From Veleropilina oligotropha (taxonomy: Eukaryota), in assembly GCA_048128005.1 (NCBI GenBank), contig JBEUKZ010000137.1, forward strand, positions 310,001-374,000: a stretch of DNA of 64,000 nucleotides. Reading direction: 5' to 3'. The notes beneath the pieces are model-generated. The model was given only the letters and a program-made list of their open reading frames with translations, made no database searches and was not told where the DNA came from. Positions 25,645-36,744 of this stretch are shown here, one piece after another. The position numbers were made by a program, and so were the translations under genes. How positions within the stretch are numbered: the stretch's first letter is position 1; each line of letters starts with the position of its first letter.

Positions 25645-27211
25645 CTGGAAAGGATACAAACCACATGTACGGAAACAGCTAAAACAACGAGGAGAAAAAC
25701 TTAATTTACTGCAGTATCTACTACAATTGATAAATAATAGCAATTTCATACAGGTTTAAATAAATATTCAAACATAACCCTATTTTGCATAACATGGATA
25801 TATCTCAAACTAAAAGTATCAACTTGTGACTAGATTAATTTACATATTTAATACTGAAAAACTTGATGCATACAGTCCTGTGTGTTTCTTTTAGGAAAAT
25901 ATAGAGGACAATTAAAATAACCAGTAGCTCAATAAAACATCTTCCATTTTATTCACCCTTTTCCACAAATAATTACATAGTACTGATAGAAGTATATTCT
26001 TAAAAGAAATTCATAATATGACTTCGACCATTGACCCAGTTACTTCGTCTTTACTTTTAGGCGGGGCATGATACTTAAGGAAGGTGTATGACTATAGACT
26101 AAGTGTGAATGTTGACACTCCATCGGTTCCGCTTCAATATCACAGAAAACAATATGATTCTCGCAAGTGACACAGAATATAAATACACAAAAATGACCTT
26201 GGCCTTTGGCAATGTGACCTCAATTAATTACTTACACAAGGCATGATGTATGAAAAATGTAGGTCCAGAGTTCGTCTTGTACGTGATAGAAAGCAGATGA
26301 CTATAGCCCTGCCTAACAGGGGGCTATAAATTATATATAGATCAGCGGGCCGTTATTGCCATTAGCGGCCCGCCGTTTTGTCACGTGACGTGTGTGAGTA
26401 TGTGATCGGTGCCATTTTTGCAAAGTCTAGCAGACGACATTTACAATTACCAGTTATTTGAGGATTTACCGATGAAAAATAGGAAAGGATGGTATTTTCT
26501 TCCAAAATCGTAGTCGTATTGACATCAAAATAAGGTAAGAGATTGTATCTTTTAACCATGTGTCGTTTATAAGAACTGTAATATTTTTTTTAGTTCTGAA
26601 GAACGCATAAAAGACGTGACTAAATTAGTTCGCCAAACGATACAAAAAACACCAGACATCATGATAAATGTGTCGGCTTTGTAAATGTTATTATTTCTAA
26701 ACATGTTTTAAGAATGATTTTGATAAATATGCAATTTTAATTTGTTAATTTCCATCGAAAATTGATTCGAAGCGACAACAAAATGGCGGCCATTTTGAAA
26801 TGAAATGAACACGCATAATCTACGTGCGGAAAAAAATATTTTTCCTCCCAAAAAGTGCAAAATACCCTTTTATAGTATCTGATAATAATAGTAATAACAT
26901 GGTTTTGGCTGGCGTCGTGCTGTTTTATTGGCCCTGGCCTTCATGAATGATTATCATGTCGGGGCCCTCTAGGACCGCCCCCAGGGCACCTGTCGTAAAA
27001 TATAGGGAGGCTGAATGCAGCACATGTTGAGGATATGTTGGGCCGAAGGTCAAATGGTTGGATGGACATTTGAAACGTTATATGCCCCACTCTACTGGAG
27101 TCGCGTGGCATATAGAAACTGAACTTGTCATGTAATTAAGGTAGGAATTAGGAGATATTGATATTTTCTACATATAGATATACTGACAGGAAATGTTATG
27201 GAGAATCTTAC

Positions 27212-27268
27212 CTTTAACACTTTTTGTTCAACCGATTGCTCCCACAATTGTTTATCATAGAGACCGAT
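27212..27268 (-). CDS. PHTF: PHTF coding exon 2 (IGLYDKQLWEQSVEQKVLK)
   Basis: TTCCAG| ... AAG|GTAAG, 57 nt, phase 0/0. Matches the PHTF motif IGxYDxQxWExSxEQ. Confidence 0.93.
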
Positions 27269-28328
27269 CTGGAATAAAGATACACAAAATGACTTCAAAA
27301 TTGTTTAAGTTTATGTCTTCAAACAAACAATGCACTCCACTACAAAGTAAAATCAGAATATTTTAAATTTATACAACAAAATATAAACTTGGTTACTGTT
27401 TGTCTTTTTATGTTTATTGTCCCATATAAACATCTGTGTTCGTATCATGACATGACTGTCATTCCCTGGTCAGTTATGAACTTCATCCGGTGAAACCAAC
27501 CTGCCACGGTTAGTTATGAAAGTCTCTAAGACAAGGGTTCCAACCCATCACTCCTGCATGCAGAGTAGAGGCATCAGCATTGATCCTTTTCTTTCTAGTA
27601 CTGCAACACTTCTTGCAAATTACATTTAACCGCAAATCTGCTTGTTTAGTTCAACAAAAGTGTCAACTGCGACAGCGCCCATACCAATCACGTATTTACT
27701 GTTTGAATTAATCCTGTTTACCTAGTTAAGCCCAAATCAAATACAGATAGTACTCGCTAACATCACACTAAAGATATCGACAAGTCTGGTAAATATAGCT
27801 TATATACGACAAGCTGTGAAAGACATATAGAAGTAAACATTTACTGGAGAGATTATTATCTCTGATATATACGCAAGGGGCATACCAGTATTATTTACAC
27901 TTCACTGTGAAAACTTTAATATTATGTTATAGAGAAATAAGTGTTATATAATATTAGCGCAAAAGGCGCACGCCACTAAAATTTTATGAAATATACTTAT
28001 GATGAAATGGTGTATTATTATATATGATATCATTATGGTTGACTAAAACATTGCATTTACAGCCACAAAATACAGGAGAAGTTTTTCACAGTTTTAAATT
28101 ATAAATAAAAGATGGATACCTCCCCAAATAAAGTTAATAGTAATCTAAGAATATTGCAATTGCAGCCTCAGAACGCAGGAGAAGCTGTTTCACAGTTTTA
28201 AATACTAAAGTTTCTTGCGTGTGGAGTTGGGGCCCGAAACACACAGTTGAAGGTGAACTTATTGTAAAATTGAACTTCCGTAAATCAAAATCCTGCAAAC
28301 AAAACACCAAAGAGTGGATAAACCTCAC

Positions 28329-28370
28329 CTTTTTTTGGTACCATGCTACAGTGTCATGGATCTTGTCCAT
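28329..28370 (-). CDS. PHTF: PHTF-family gene, first coding exon (MDKIHDTVAWYQKK)
   Basis: Matches the PHTF N-terminus pattern (xxWYQKK). Donor AAG|GTGAGG. An upstream acceptor TTTCAG at 28419-28424 suggests a 5'UTR exon further right. Confidence 0.88.
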
Positions 28371-30137
28371 TCTCCGGAGAACGATCTCCGTGTACTTGCG
28401 TTACTTTGACGATGCAATCTGAAATCTCCAGGAATTGGTACTGGGGTGATCGTGATATCTGTCGGGGAAAAACAACAACACCGATTAGATTTGTAGGTCA
28501 AGTCTCTGACATAATGCCAAACCTCAGTGGTTAGCATATAAAAGCATGTGTTTTCCTGCTAGGATTGACATAACGATCTGGTATAACTATATATTATATC
28601 AAGCGGATCTGGTATAACTATATATTATATCAAGCTGTGCAAAGTGATGTATGCAAATACCATATGTTCTGCCATAGCATCATGAACTGGGTCAAGTATC
28701 CTCAGTCTGACACAGGGACAATGGTTGCAAATAATGTAAGAAACACTTTAATCTGGCTTGCATTATAAATAATCTCACATTTGATTTTGTAGCCAGGTGA
28801 CAGGGATCTAGCAGCAGCTGTATATATACCAAAACAGAACGACTCAAGAGTATTGTATTTATAAACATAAAAATTATTATTAATAGAATTAAATAGTCAT
28901 AAATTATGTTCAAAGAGCTACTTTTTATATTTACATAATGACCATTTACCACTTATGAATCATCCGTCATATAGTGTATTGGCGTGCATATAACTTTTTA
29001 AACCGACATAAACTCATATATACTTTTCACAATATATACAAAGCTCATTTATCACTCATGTCAGATAAATACAATGTCAAGTATTTCAAAATTACATTAA
29101 AAGATTAATTAAGGAAATTTGAATAATTGTATTTATATAGAATATTAAGTAGAGAATATATAAAGTAAGAACTCTTGTACTTACATGTTATCTCCCACTA
29201 ATTTACCACCAATATTATATCAATTAATGATTCCATAGACCAAATTAATAATGTTAGAAAATAATCAAACCATCCAGACATGATTCTGCACCAGCAATGA
29301 AACAAGATATCCAGTATCTGACATTAACGTTAAGCTACGTACACTGAGCCACCTCGCAGGCAAAACTTCTGTCTAACAATAAAATAGATATTTCAAGCAC
29401 AAAAGCATCTTCTCAGATAAGCCTTGCTGTGCAATTTTCGGTTCTATATATATGCAAAGAATGGTTTGTTTACACTCCGAGATATTTGGGTTGGCCTGGC
29501 ATTTAGCGCATTGGCTTGGAGAGGTCGAACAGCGATGGAGAAACAGTAGCTCAGTTTATATACATGTACGTGGGTACGGAAAATCCAGGGAGAGGAAGAG
29601 CAAATCTATAACTATAAGCACACGTAGACATAATATATTCTTTCTATGTAAATATGCAAATGAATATACATACATGTTTGTATAATATTGAGGTCCTCTA
29701 AAGTGATGTATTGTGTGTATTTATCACCTATTCATTTAATGATTCGTAAGTTAAAATGCAGCATAACCTATTCTAATTATTACATAATTGCTTCAGTCAT
29801 AGACATAATTTTAGTGTGAACGGTTGCATTAAAAGACATTCAAAATAACTGGAGGTTTCCCCTTGTCTATTAAGTATTTTTTCAATGTTACAATAACATA
29901 TTAATAGTAATATATGTATCGAATAATTTTAAAATACGGTACATGCCATTAGTTGAAATTTTATGTTCAGATAATGTAATTGCTTTCGTTATAAAATATA
30001 TATATCGATATGGTCGAAATTTCCTGAAGCCGGCGTGAATGATAATCGTGAATAAAAGGCGTGTACGCCTTTAATTCAATATTGGCGTTTTAAACATTTA
30101 TTATCCAATCTTAACTTTTATTTCTGGATATCATGGT

Positions 30138-31588
30138 GGAGGGAGGGGGGAATGATGCTTAATGTCCTGTATATTTACAACATCGAGGTTCAAGGCAGGA
30201 CAGGTCTGTGTTATCGCGGGAGGAAACCCCGGTCACCCGGGTAAACCCGCCCTCTTCGGCAAGTCGCGGACAACTGTGATTCATAACTTGAACAAATGTC
30301 AATGCCTCAGCCAGGTATTGAACCCACTACTGTTCGCATTAGCGGAATCAAGCCAGTGACTTTAGAGTGGACACTCTTACCCACTGCGCGGGTGCGTCGA
30401 TTTACCCCAATCGACCCCAATCGAACCCCAATCGACCCCAATCGACCCCAATCGAACCCCAATCGAACCCCAATCGAACCCCAATCGACCCCAATCGAAC
30501 CCCAATCGACCTCAAGTATGCAGCAACGTACCTATATCAATTATAATATACATCGATAATGTAAATAATATGAAAATATATTAATATTTTAGGATTAATT
30601 GCAATTGCGTACTTCGGTTTTGAGTCCGTCGAAGTCGGGAGCGCAAATGTTGAATTCAACTAAACGGCTCTAATTAATAAAAATAAATGCTACTTTCAAC
30701 ATTGTCTCGAATGCAAACTATTAGACTGCAGTTTAACAAAAGAACTTATGTATACGTTAAACAGATAAAACTTATTTCGTCATGCGTATAATATTTATCA
30801 ATAATGATGTCGTTTTGTGCCTGGTGAACACTTCATTGATCATATTTTGTGCTCGTCGGCGTACGCCATATAAGGCTCGGTTTCGAGATCAAATGTTCAC
30901 TTTCTGATTCCTCATACTTTGTGCTGGTCGGCATACGCCATATAAGGCTCGGTTTCGAGATCAAATGTTCACTTTCTGCTTCCTCATACTTTGTGCTCGT
31001 CGGCATACGCCATATAAGGCTCGGTTTCGAGATCAGAGGTTGGCACATCTCCAACGGTCGAACTCCAGTCAAAACAATCGCATAACATTAAGCAACTTGC
31101 TTGAACTAAACTTTGTTGATAGTTAAGTAGATATATTGATACTTCTCAGAGAAATAAAGTAATGAACTATGAAATATGGTTTGAAGTTTACAACGATTAT
31201 CCTTTCGCGATTTGCGCACACAACGGAACCGACAAGGACACTATTTAGCGCAATAAAAATAATTATTACAAAATAAAGATAACATAATTCATTATATATT
31301 TGTATTGTTTATCATATTTGCATGCTACCAGTTGGATTTAGTTCGTGTAATTAGAACCGTTTCGCGAATTCAATATTTGTGATCCCGACTTCCGCGAACT
31401 AAAAAACGATGTACGCAATTGCAATTGGGCCTAATATAATTAAATAAATCATAATGTGCACATTATGGATGTATATTATAGTTGACAGGGGGTCGATTGG
31501 GATTCGATTGGGGTTCGATTGGGGTCGATTGGGGTCGATTGGGGTTCGATTGGGGTCGATTGGGGTAAATCGACGCACCCCAGCCGGG

Positions 31589-31638
<50 letters not shown>

Positions 31639-33103
31639 AAAATTGGTTGGGAATTGGCATTTGTTAACATTTAGCTTTAACACTATCAGTGCACCCGGTT
31701 TAAGGTCTCACTCCGATCTGACCGACATACATTATACCATCTATCATTTTAAGCGGTCGAATATGCCGCCGGCGGGCCTCGAACCTCAGCCTTGCTGGCT
31801 GTCTCGGTTGAGTGTCTGGCTCGCCATCCACATACCCATCGAAACAGTTCGATTGGGGTTCGATTGGGGTTCGATTGGGGTCGATTGGGGTCGATTGGGG
31901 TTCGATTGGGGTCGATTGGGGTAAATACCCCAATCGAACCCCAATCGACCCCAATCGACCCCAATCGAACCCCAATCGAACCCCAATCGACCCCAATCGA
32001 ACCCCAATCGACCTCAAGTATGCAGCAACGTACCTATATCAATTATAATATACATCGATAATGTAAATAATATGAAAATATATTAATATTTTAGGATTAA
32101 TTGCAATTGCGTACTTCGGTTTTGAGTCCGTCGAAGTCGGGAGCGCAAATGTTGAATTCAACTAAACGGCTCTAATTAATAAAAATAAATGCTACTTTCA
32201 ACATTGTCTCGAATGCAAACTATTAGACTGCAGTTTAACAAAAGAACTTATGTATACGTTAAACAGATAAAACTTATTTCGTCATGCGTATAATATTTAT
32301 CAATAATGATGTCGTTTTGTGCCTGGTGAACACTTCATTGATCATATTTTGTGCTCGTCGGCGTACGCCATATAAGGCTCGGTTTCGAGATCAAATGTTC
32401 ACTTTCTGATTCCTCATACTTTGTGCTGGTCGGCATACGCCATATAAGGCTCGGTTTCGAGATCAAAGGTTCACTTTCTGCTTCCTCATACTTTGTGCTC
32501 GTCGGCATACGCCATATAAGGCTCGGTTTCGAGATCAGAGGTTGGCACATCTCCAACGGTCGAACTCCAGTCAAAACAATCGCATAACATTAAGCAACTT
32601 GCTTGAACTAAACTTTGTTGATAGTTAAGTAGATATATTGATACTTCTCAGAGAAATAAAGTAATGAACTATGAAATATGGTTTGAAGTTTACAACGATT
32701 ATCCTTTCGCGATTTGCGCACACAACGGAACCGACAAGGACACTATTTAGCGCAATAAAAATAATTATTACAAAATAAAGATAACATAATTCATTATATA
32801 TTTGTATTGTTTATCATATTTGCATGCTACCAGTTGGATTTAGTTCGTGTAATTAGAACCGTTTCGCGAATTCAATATTTGTGATCCCGACTTCCGCGAA
32901 CTAAAAAACGATGTACGCAATTGCAATTGGGCCTAATATAATTAAATAAATCATAATGTGCACATTATGGATGTATATTATAGTTGACAGGGGGTCGATT
33001 GGGATTCGATTGGGGTTCGATTGGGGTCGATTGGGGTCGATTGGGGTTCGATTGGGGTCGATTGGGGTAAATCGACGCACCCCACTGCGCTGCTGAAGTG
33101 GCC
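30138..33103 (-). mobile_element. tRNA-derived SINE (pieces 30138-30389 and 33091-33103), interrupted by a compound MITE
   Basis: 13-bp TSD TGGATATCATGGT (30125-30137, 33104-33116). Minus-strand A-box-like AGCGCAGTGG and B-box-like GGTTCAATACC. A second copy lies at 63277-63521. Confidence 0.85.
30390..33082. mobile_element. Compound MITE: two near-identical ~1.2-kb copies flanking a foreign segment
   Basis: Ends GGGTGCGTCGATTTACCCC / GGGGTAAATCGACGCACCC, subterminal (CCCCAATCGA)n arrays, outer 8-bp TSD CACTGCGC. Confidence 0.9.
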
Positions 33104-33366
33104 TGGATATCATGGTAATCTCTAAACCAGCATAACTTTATGCAAAGAAGACATACAAAAAGAGTTAGATTAATTGGCACTAAATCCCACTTTGGTATTA
33201 CTGAAGTGGAATCAGCATCTTTAAGAGGGAGAATGAGCCACTGGCTGTGCTCGAACTCATGGCTGATCTAACAGCCTCGTTTGAGAGTCAGACACCCTAA
33301 CACTGACTCACCCGCCGAAGCCGCTTCAATGTAATCATAGATTTTATTAAGGCAAATTGCATATGT

Positions 33367-33835
33367 CAGGGTCAGCGCTGCCATGCGCCAGCGTCGAAAA
33401 TTGCGAATTTGAAATACGATTAGCAAATGTAAAATCCGATTTGCGAATTTGCTGGCGAATGTCATTTTTAATAAACTATTTACCACCCAAATCATTGTTG
33501 TTACATAATCCCTTTAATAGATTGGTTTAATATTTAATATTTAAGTTTTCCAAAATAATTGTTGTTATATGGTCGTTAATCATCATTTCACATTTTCACC
33601 AATTATTGATTGATAAAAATAAACTGAAAAGTAAGAAATATATATAGATATAAACACTATGTGTTATTTCCATTCTTCAACACCTATACATACATCACTA
33701 CATACACAGACAACTGAAACAAATGCAACGCAATTATTTCAATAAAGCTGGCGAATTTGAGTGCCTATTGGCGAATTTGAAATGGCATTGGCGAATCACT
33801 TGGCGAATATGAATCAGAAGCCAGTGCTAACCCTG
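33367..33835. mobile_element. hAT-like MITE
   Basis: CAGGGTCAGCGCTG / CAGTGCTAACCCTG ends with subterminal GGCGAAT repeats. No clear TSD. Confidence 0.6.
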
Positions 33836-34233
33836 TTAATGTACAAAAGTAACATTGCATATTACGTACATTCTTAATCATAGCCAAAGCTTAGAATTAA
33901 ATACTACTGTGTTGTTGCAGCGAGGGGTTGAGAATACAGTAAAACATTATATTATTTCGACATGAAAATATGTAGGGCTATAATCTGAGCACTGATTGGT
34001 TATCAGCCAAAACGACTCGATCCCATTCAGACAGTCGCGCAAACCATGCATCGCATATATTTGAGAGAAATATGAAGTATTACACTATTAAAATCCAAAT
34101 TTATATACGTTAAGATTATTAATTAACAAATCCATTAAGTTAACATGTTATATAAATTTCATATAATGTCACTGCCAGAGTAGCAGTAAGCATCAATGTA
34201 GCCATTGATACCAAAGTACTACTATTATATTAT

Positions 34234-34411
34234 CAGGGGTGTCATTAATAGGAGGGTACCAGGTATTTTTAACCACCTGTAAGCCAATGAGTACCCTGTT
34301 GACATTCTTATATTACATTGACTTTTATAGTAGCAAATAATGTATTTGGAAAAAATTACCCGCCTGTCGGAAGTAATTACCCTCCTATTGCTTTTCTTAT
34401 TGAAACCCCTG
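34234..34411. mobile_element. Short hAT-like MITE
   Basis: CAGGGGTGTCATTAA / TTATTGAAACCCCTG ends. Confidence 0.55.
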
Positions 34412-35358
34412 TATTATATAAAAAGTTCCTTGAGCAAGCCATATATACACTCAACGAAACACTCTAACCAGTGTTGACATGGATGGCACAATAACAATAG
34501 CGCCCTTTCGACTTTGTTAACATAATATATGATTTGTCTGTCACTTGCTAAAATTCATATATAAATGATTATAATAATAAATAATATAAAGCTATCATTT
34601 TAATATTATGAGAACAAAATATATATATATACGTGGAATTACATCAGTATCATAATTTAATAATATATCGGATATCCTATAAATTCAGGAGACTACTAAA
34701 TGTCTATTAGTTTGGTATGCTCTAACCTAACGCTGCAGCAAAATATCTAAAATCCTCCGGATACCAGCTAATCTGCCCGGAGACAGTACACATACTTTTG
34801 CTAAAATATCTTACGAAACCAACTATTATCACAGGTAGAATGCTACAAATGGTCGCAATGTGATCTTTTAGCAATAAAGAGTTGACATTCGCGCTACATA
34901 AGTGCGTGTTGATCCGGAAATGCTTTCCATTCTTTCACCGCTTGATGCCATAAGTTAAAACTATGACCCTTATACAATGTTATTGTTGTGTTTCCCTCGG
35001 CTGTGTTAATTATTCTGGTCGCCAGGCTTCTTGCGCGGTATTACTTAGCTAATCTCAGTGTTCACGTTCAGATATGGTGAATATTTCCCTTCTTAATGCA
35101 AAACGTTTGGTCAACAGGTTGCGGTTAAATGTTACGTTTGCTTTCTTTCTTCTAATGCACATTTCTGCAAGAACATTTTATTCGTTGCATGGCATTCCTT
35201 TCCATATATAACAAAACCCGTCTATTTTAGTCAAAATAGGCTAATGGATAGATTGTACTTCAAGGATCAAATACTAACTACACGGAGGAGAGGCGAAGGT
35301 ATTGCAATCGGCTCTGTATGTATGTCTGTATGGCCATTCGCATAACTTAAAAACTATT

Positions 35359-35569
35359 TATTTATTTTTTTATTTTTATTTTTTATTTTTTTTTATTACA
35401 TTCATGAGCATATACATTCCTTATTTCTAAATTTAGTTAAATTTACACAATATATACACATGACATGTACATGTATGCATAGATACCTGTATGTAAACAG
35501 TATACTATGCATCTATATTATAACAAATGTATATTATTTCACACATATATAATAATTATAAATAAATAT
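35359..35569 (-). mobile_element. LINE distal 3'UTR and A-rich tail
   Basis: The T-rich run at about 35359-35397 reads as a poly(A)-like tail with AATAAA on the minus strand. It is contiguous with 42971 once DIRS A is removed. Confidence 0.75.
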
Positions 35570-35871
35570 GAGGATTAAGAGTAATCCCTTGTATCTATAA
35601 TAATATACTTACGTCCTTACTAATGCCATAATAAGCCTATTATCGCTAAATCCGGACAAGGTGGAAATGGTAATTTGCACTTCTTTTAGTAAATTGAACC
35701 CAGCTGACCCCCTGACCTGCTCGACCTCCTCCAGTTCATGTCCAGTAAGAGCTCGCCAACTCCCGCGAGATCTTCTTGACCAAGGGTCAAGACCTCATCC
35801 GAAGTTTATGCAAACCCCAAGACAAAGAACTTATATAAGAGGGGAGGTGCGAAGCAGGGTGGGCCAAGTGG

Positions 35872-35961
35872 GTAAGGACGTAAGTATATTATTATAGATA
35901 CAAGGGATTACTCTTAATCCTCATATCTATATCAAATATACTTACGTCCTTACTAATGCCA
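35872..35961. repeat. Internal complementary region (ICR), DIRS copy A
   Basis: Reverse complement of the left terminus + ATAT (35923-35926) + reverse complement of the right terminus. Confidence 0.95.
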
Positions 35962-36744
35962 AGAATAACTTTGGTTGGCGGAGTTATAAGTTCCATACAC
36001 CAAAATTAAAACTTACTTGTTACCAGAAGACGACGCTTTAGCGTTGAGATCGAGTCCGTTCAGAGTGGATTTTACTGAGCATCAAATCTACCCTTACCCC
36101 GAGGTGAGATTTCGACCAAGAAATCTGGGAAAACACGCCAGGGATGTTAGTCGGACGGGTAACACGAAAGTGCATGTAGCTCCGGACACCGGCGGAAGGT
36201 ATACCTTGAGGCACTCGTGTCATGAGCAAAACAGTGATCTGAATATTCCGGACTCAAAGGTCGGCAGACAGAAAACTGCAAGACGTGGTTTTTAGAAGCA
36301 CCCGAACCTAGGCAGGTAGATAGTGTTATAAAACCGTGACAATTATCAATAGATTGAAGAAAATTTCAATAACTTCATCTTGAATAATAAACTTTTGCAT
36401 GTCCAACTTGCAAAATGTCAACATGATACATGTTACTTAAATAATTTTTAGTAGAGAATAATAATAAAATTTTTCAATGTACGCACATTGAAATGTTCTG
36501 AGACAGCAGAAGAACATTTTAAAATAATATTATTTACCAAAAAGCATTATTAAGATTTAATAATATAAATGTCTACATCCAATGTGGGCATTGCTTCATA
36601 TTAACTCAGTATGAATAATAATTTCAATTTCTTAATCAGTTTAAGAAAGAAATAACATTGGAATAAATTCTAAAGGTGATTTCAATGTACACAAATAGAA
36701 TTACATTATATTACCTCAGTGTCTGGTGAAATTCCACAAACCAA

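Noticed and set aside
30300..30389. Possible tRNA gene
   Set aside because: The A/B boxes belong to a SINE head with a TSD and a second copy; there is no complete cloverleaf.
30296..33180. PIDPNR/QSTPIE repeat ORFs and a telomere-like appearance
   Set aside because: These are subterminal 10-11-bp repeats of a MITE; the unit is not a known telomeric repeat.
35661..35897. Identical short ORFs at both DIRS ends (also 42648..42899, 43967..44155, 51159..51347)
   Set aside because: They are simply the inverted terminal repeats read on opposite strands.
36017..36307. Guide-RNA-like complementarity between the conserved DIRS block and the insertion flanks
   Set aside because: I found no match to the flanks beyond the ATAT core by eye.
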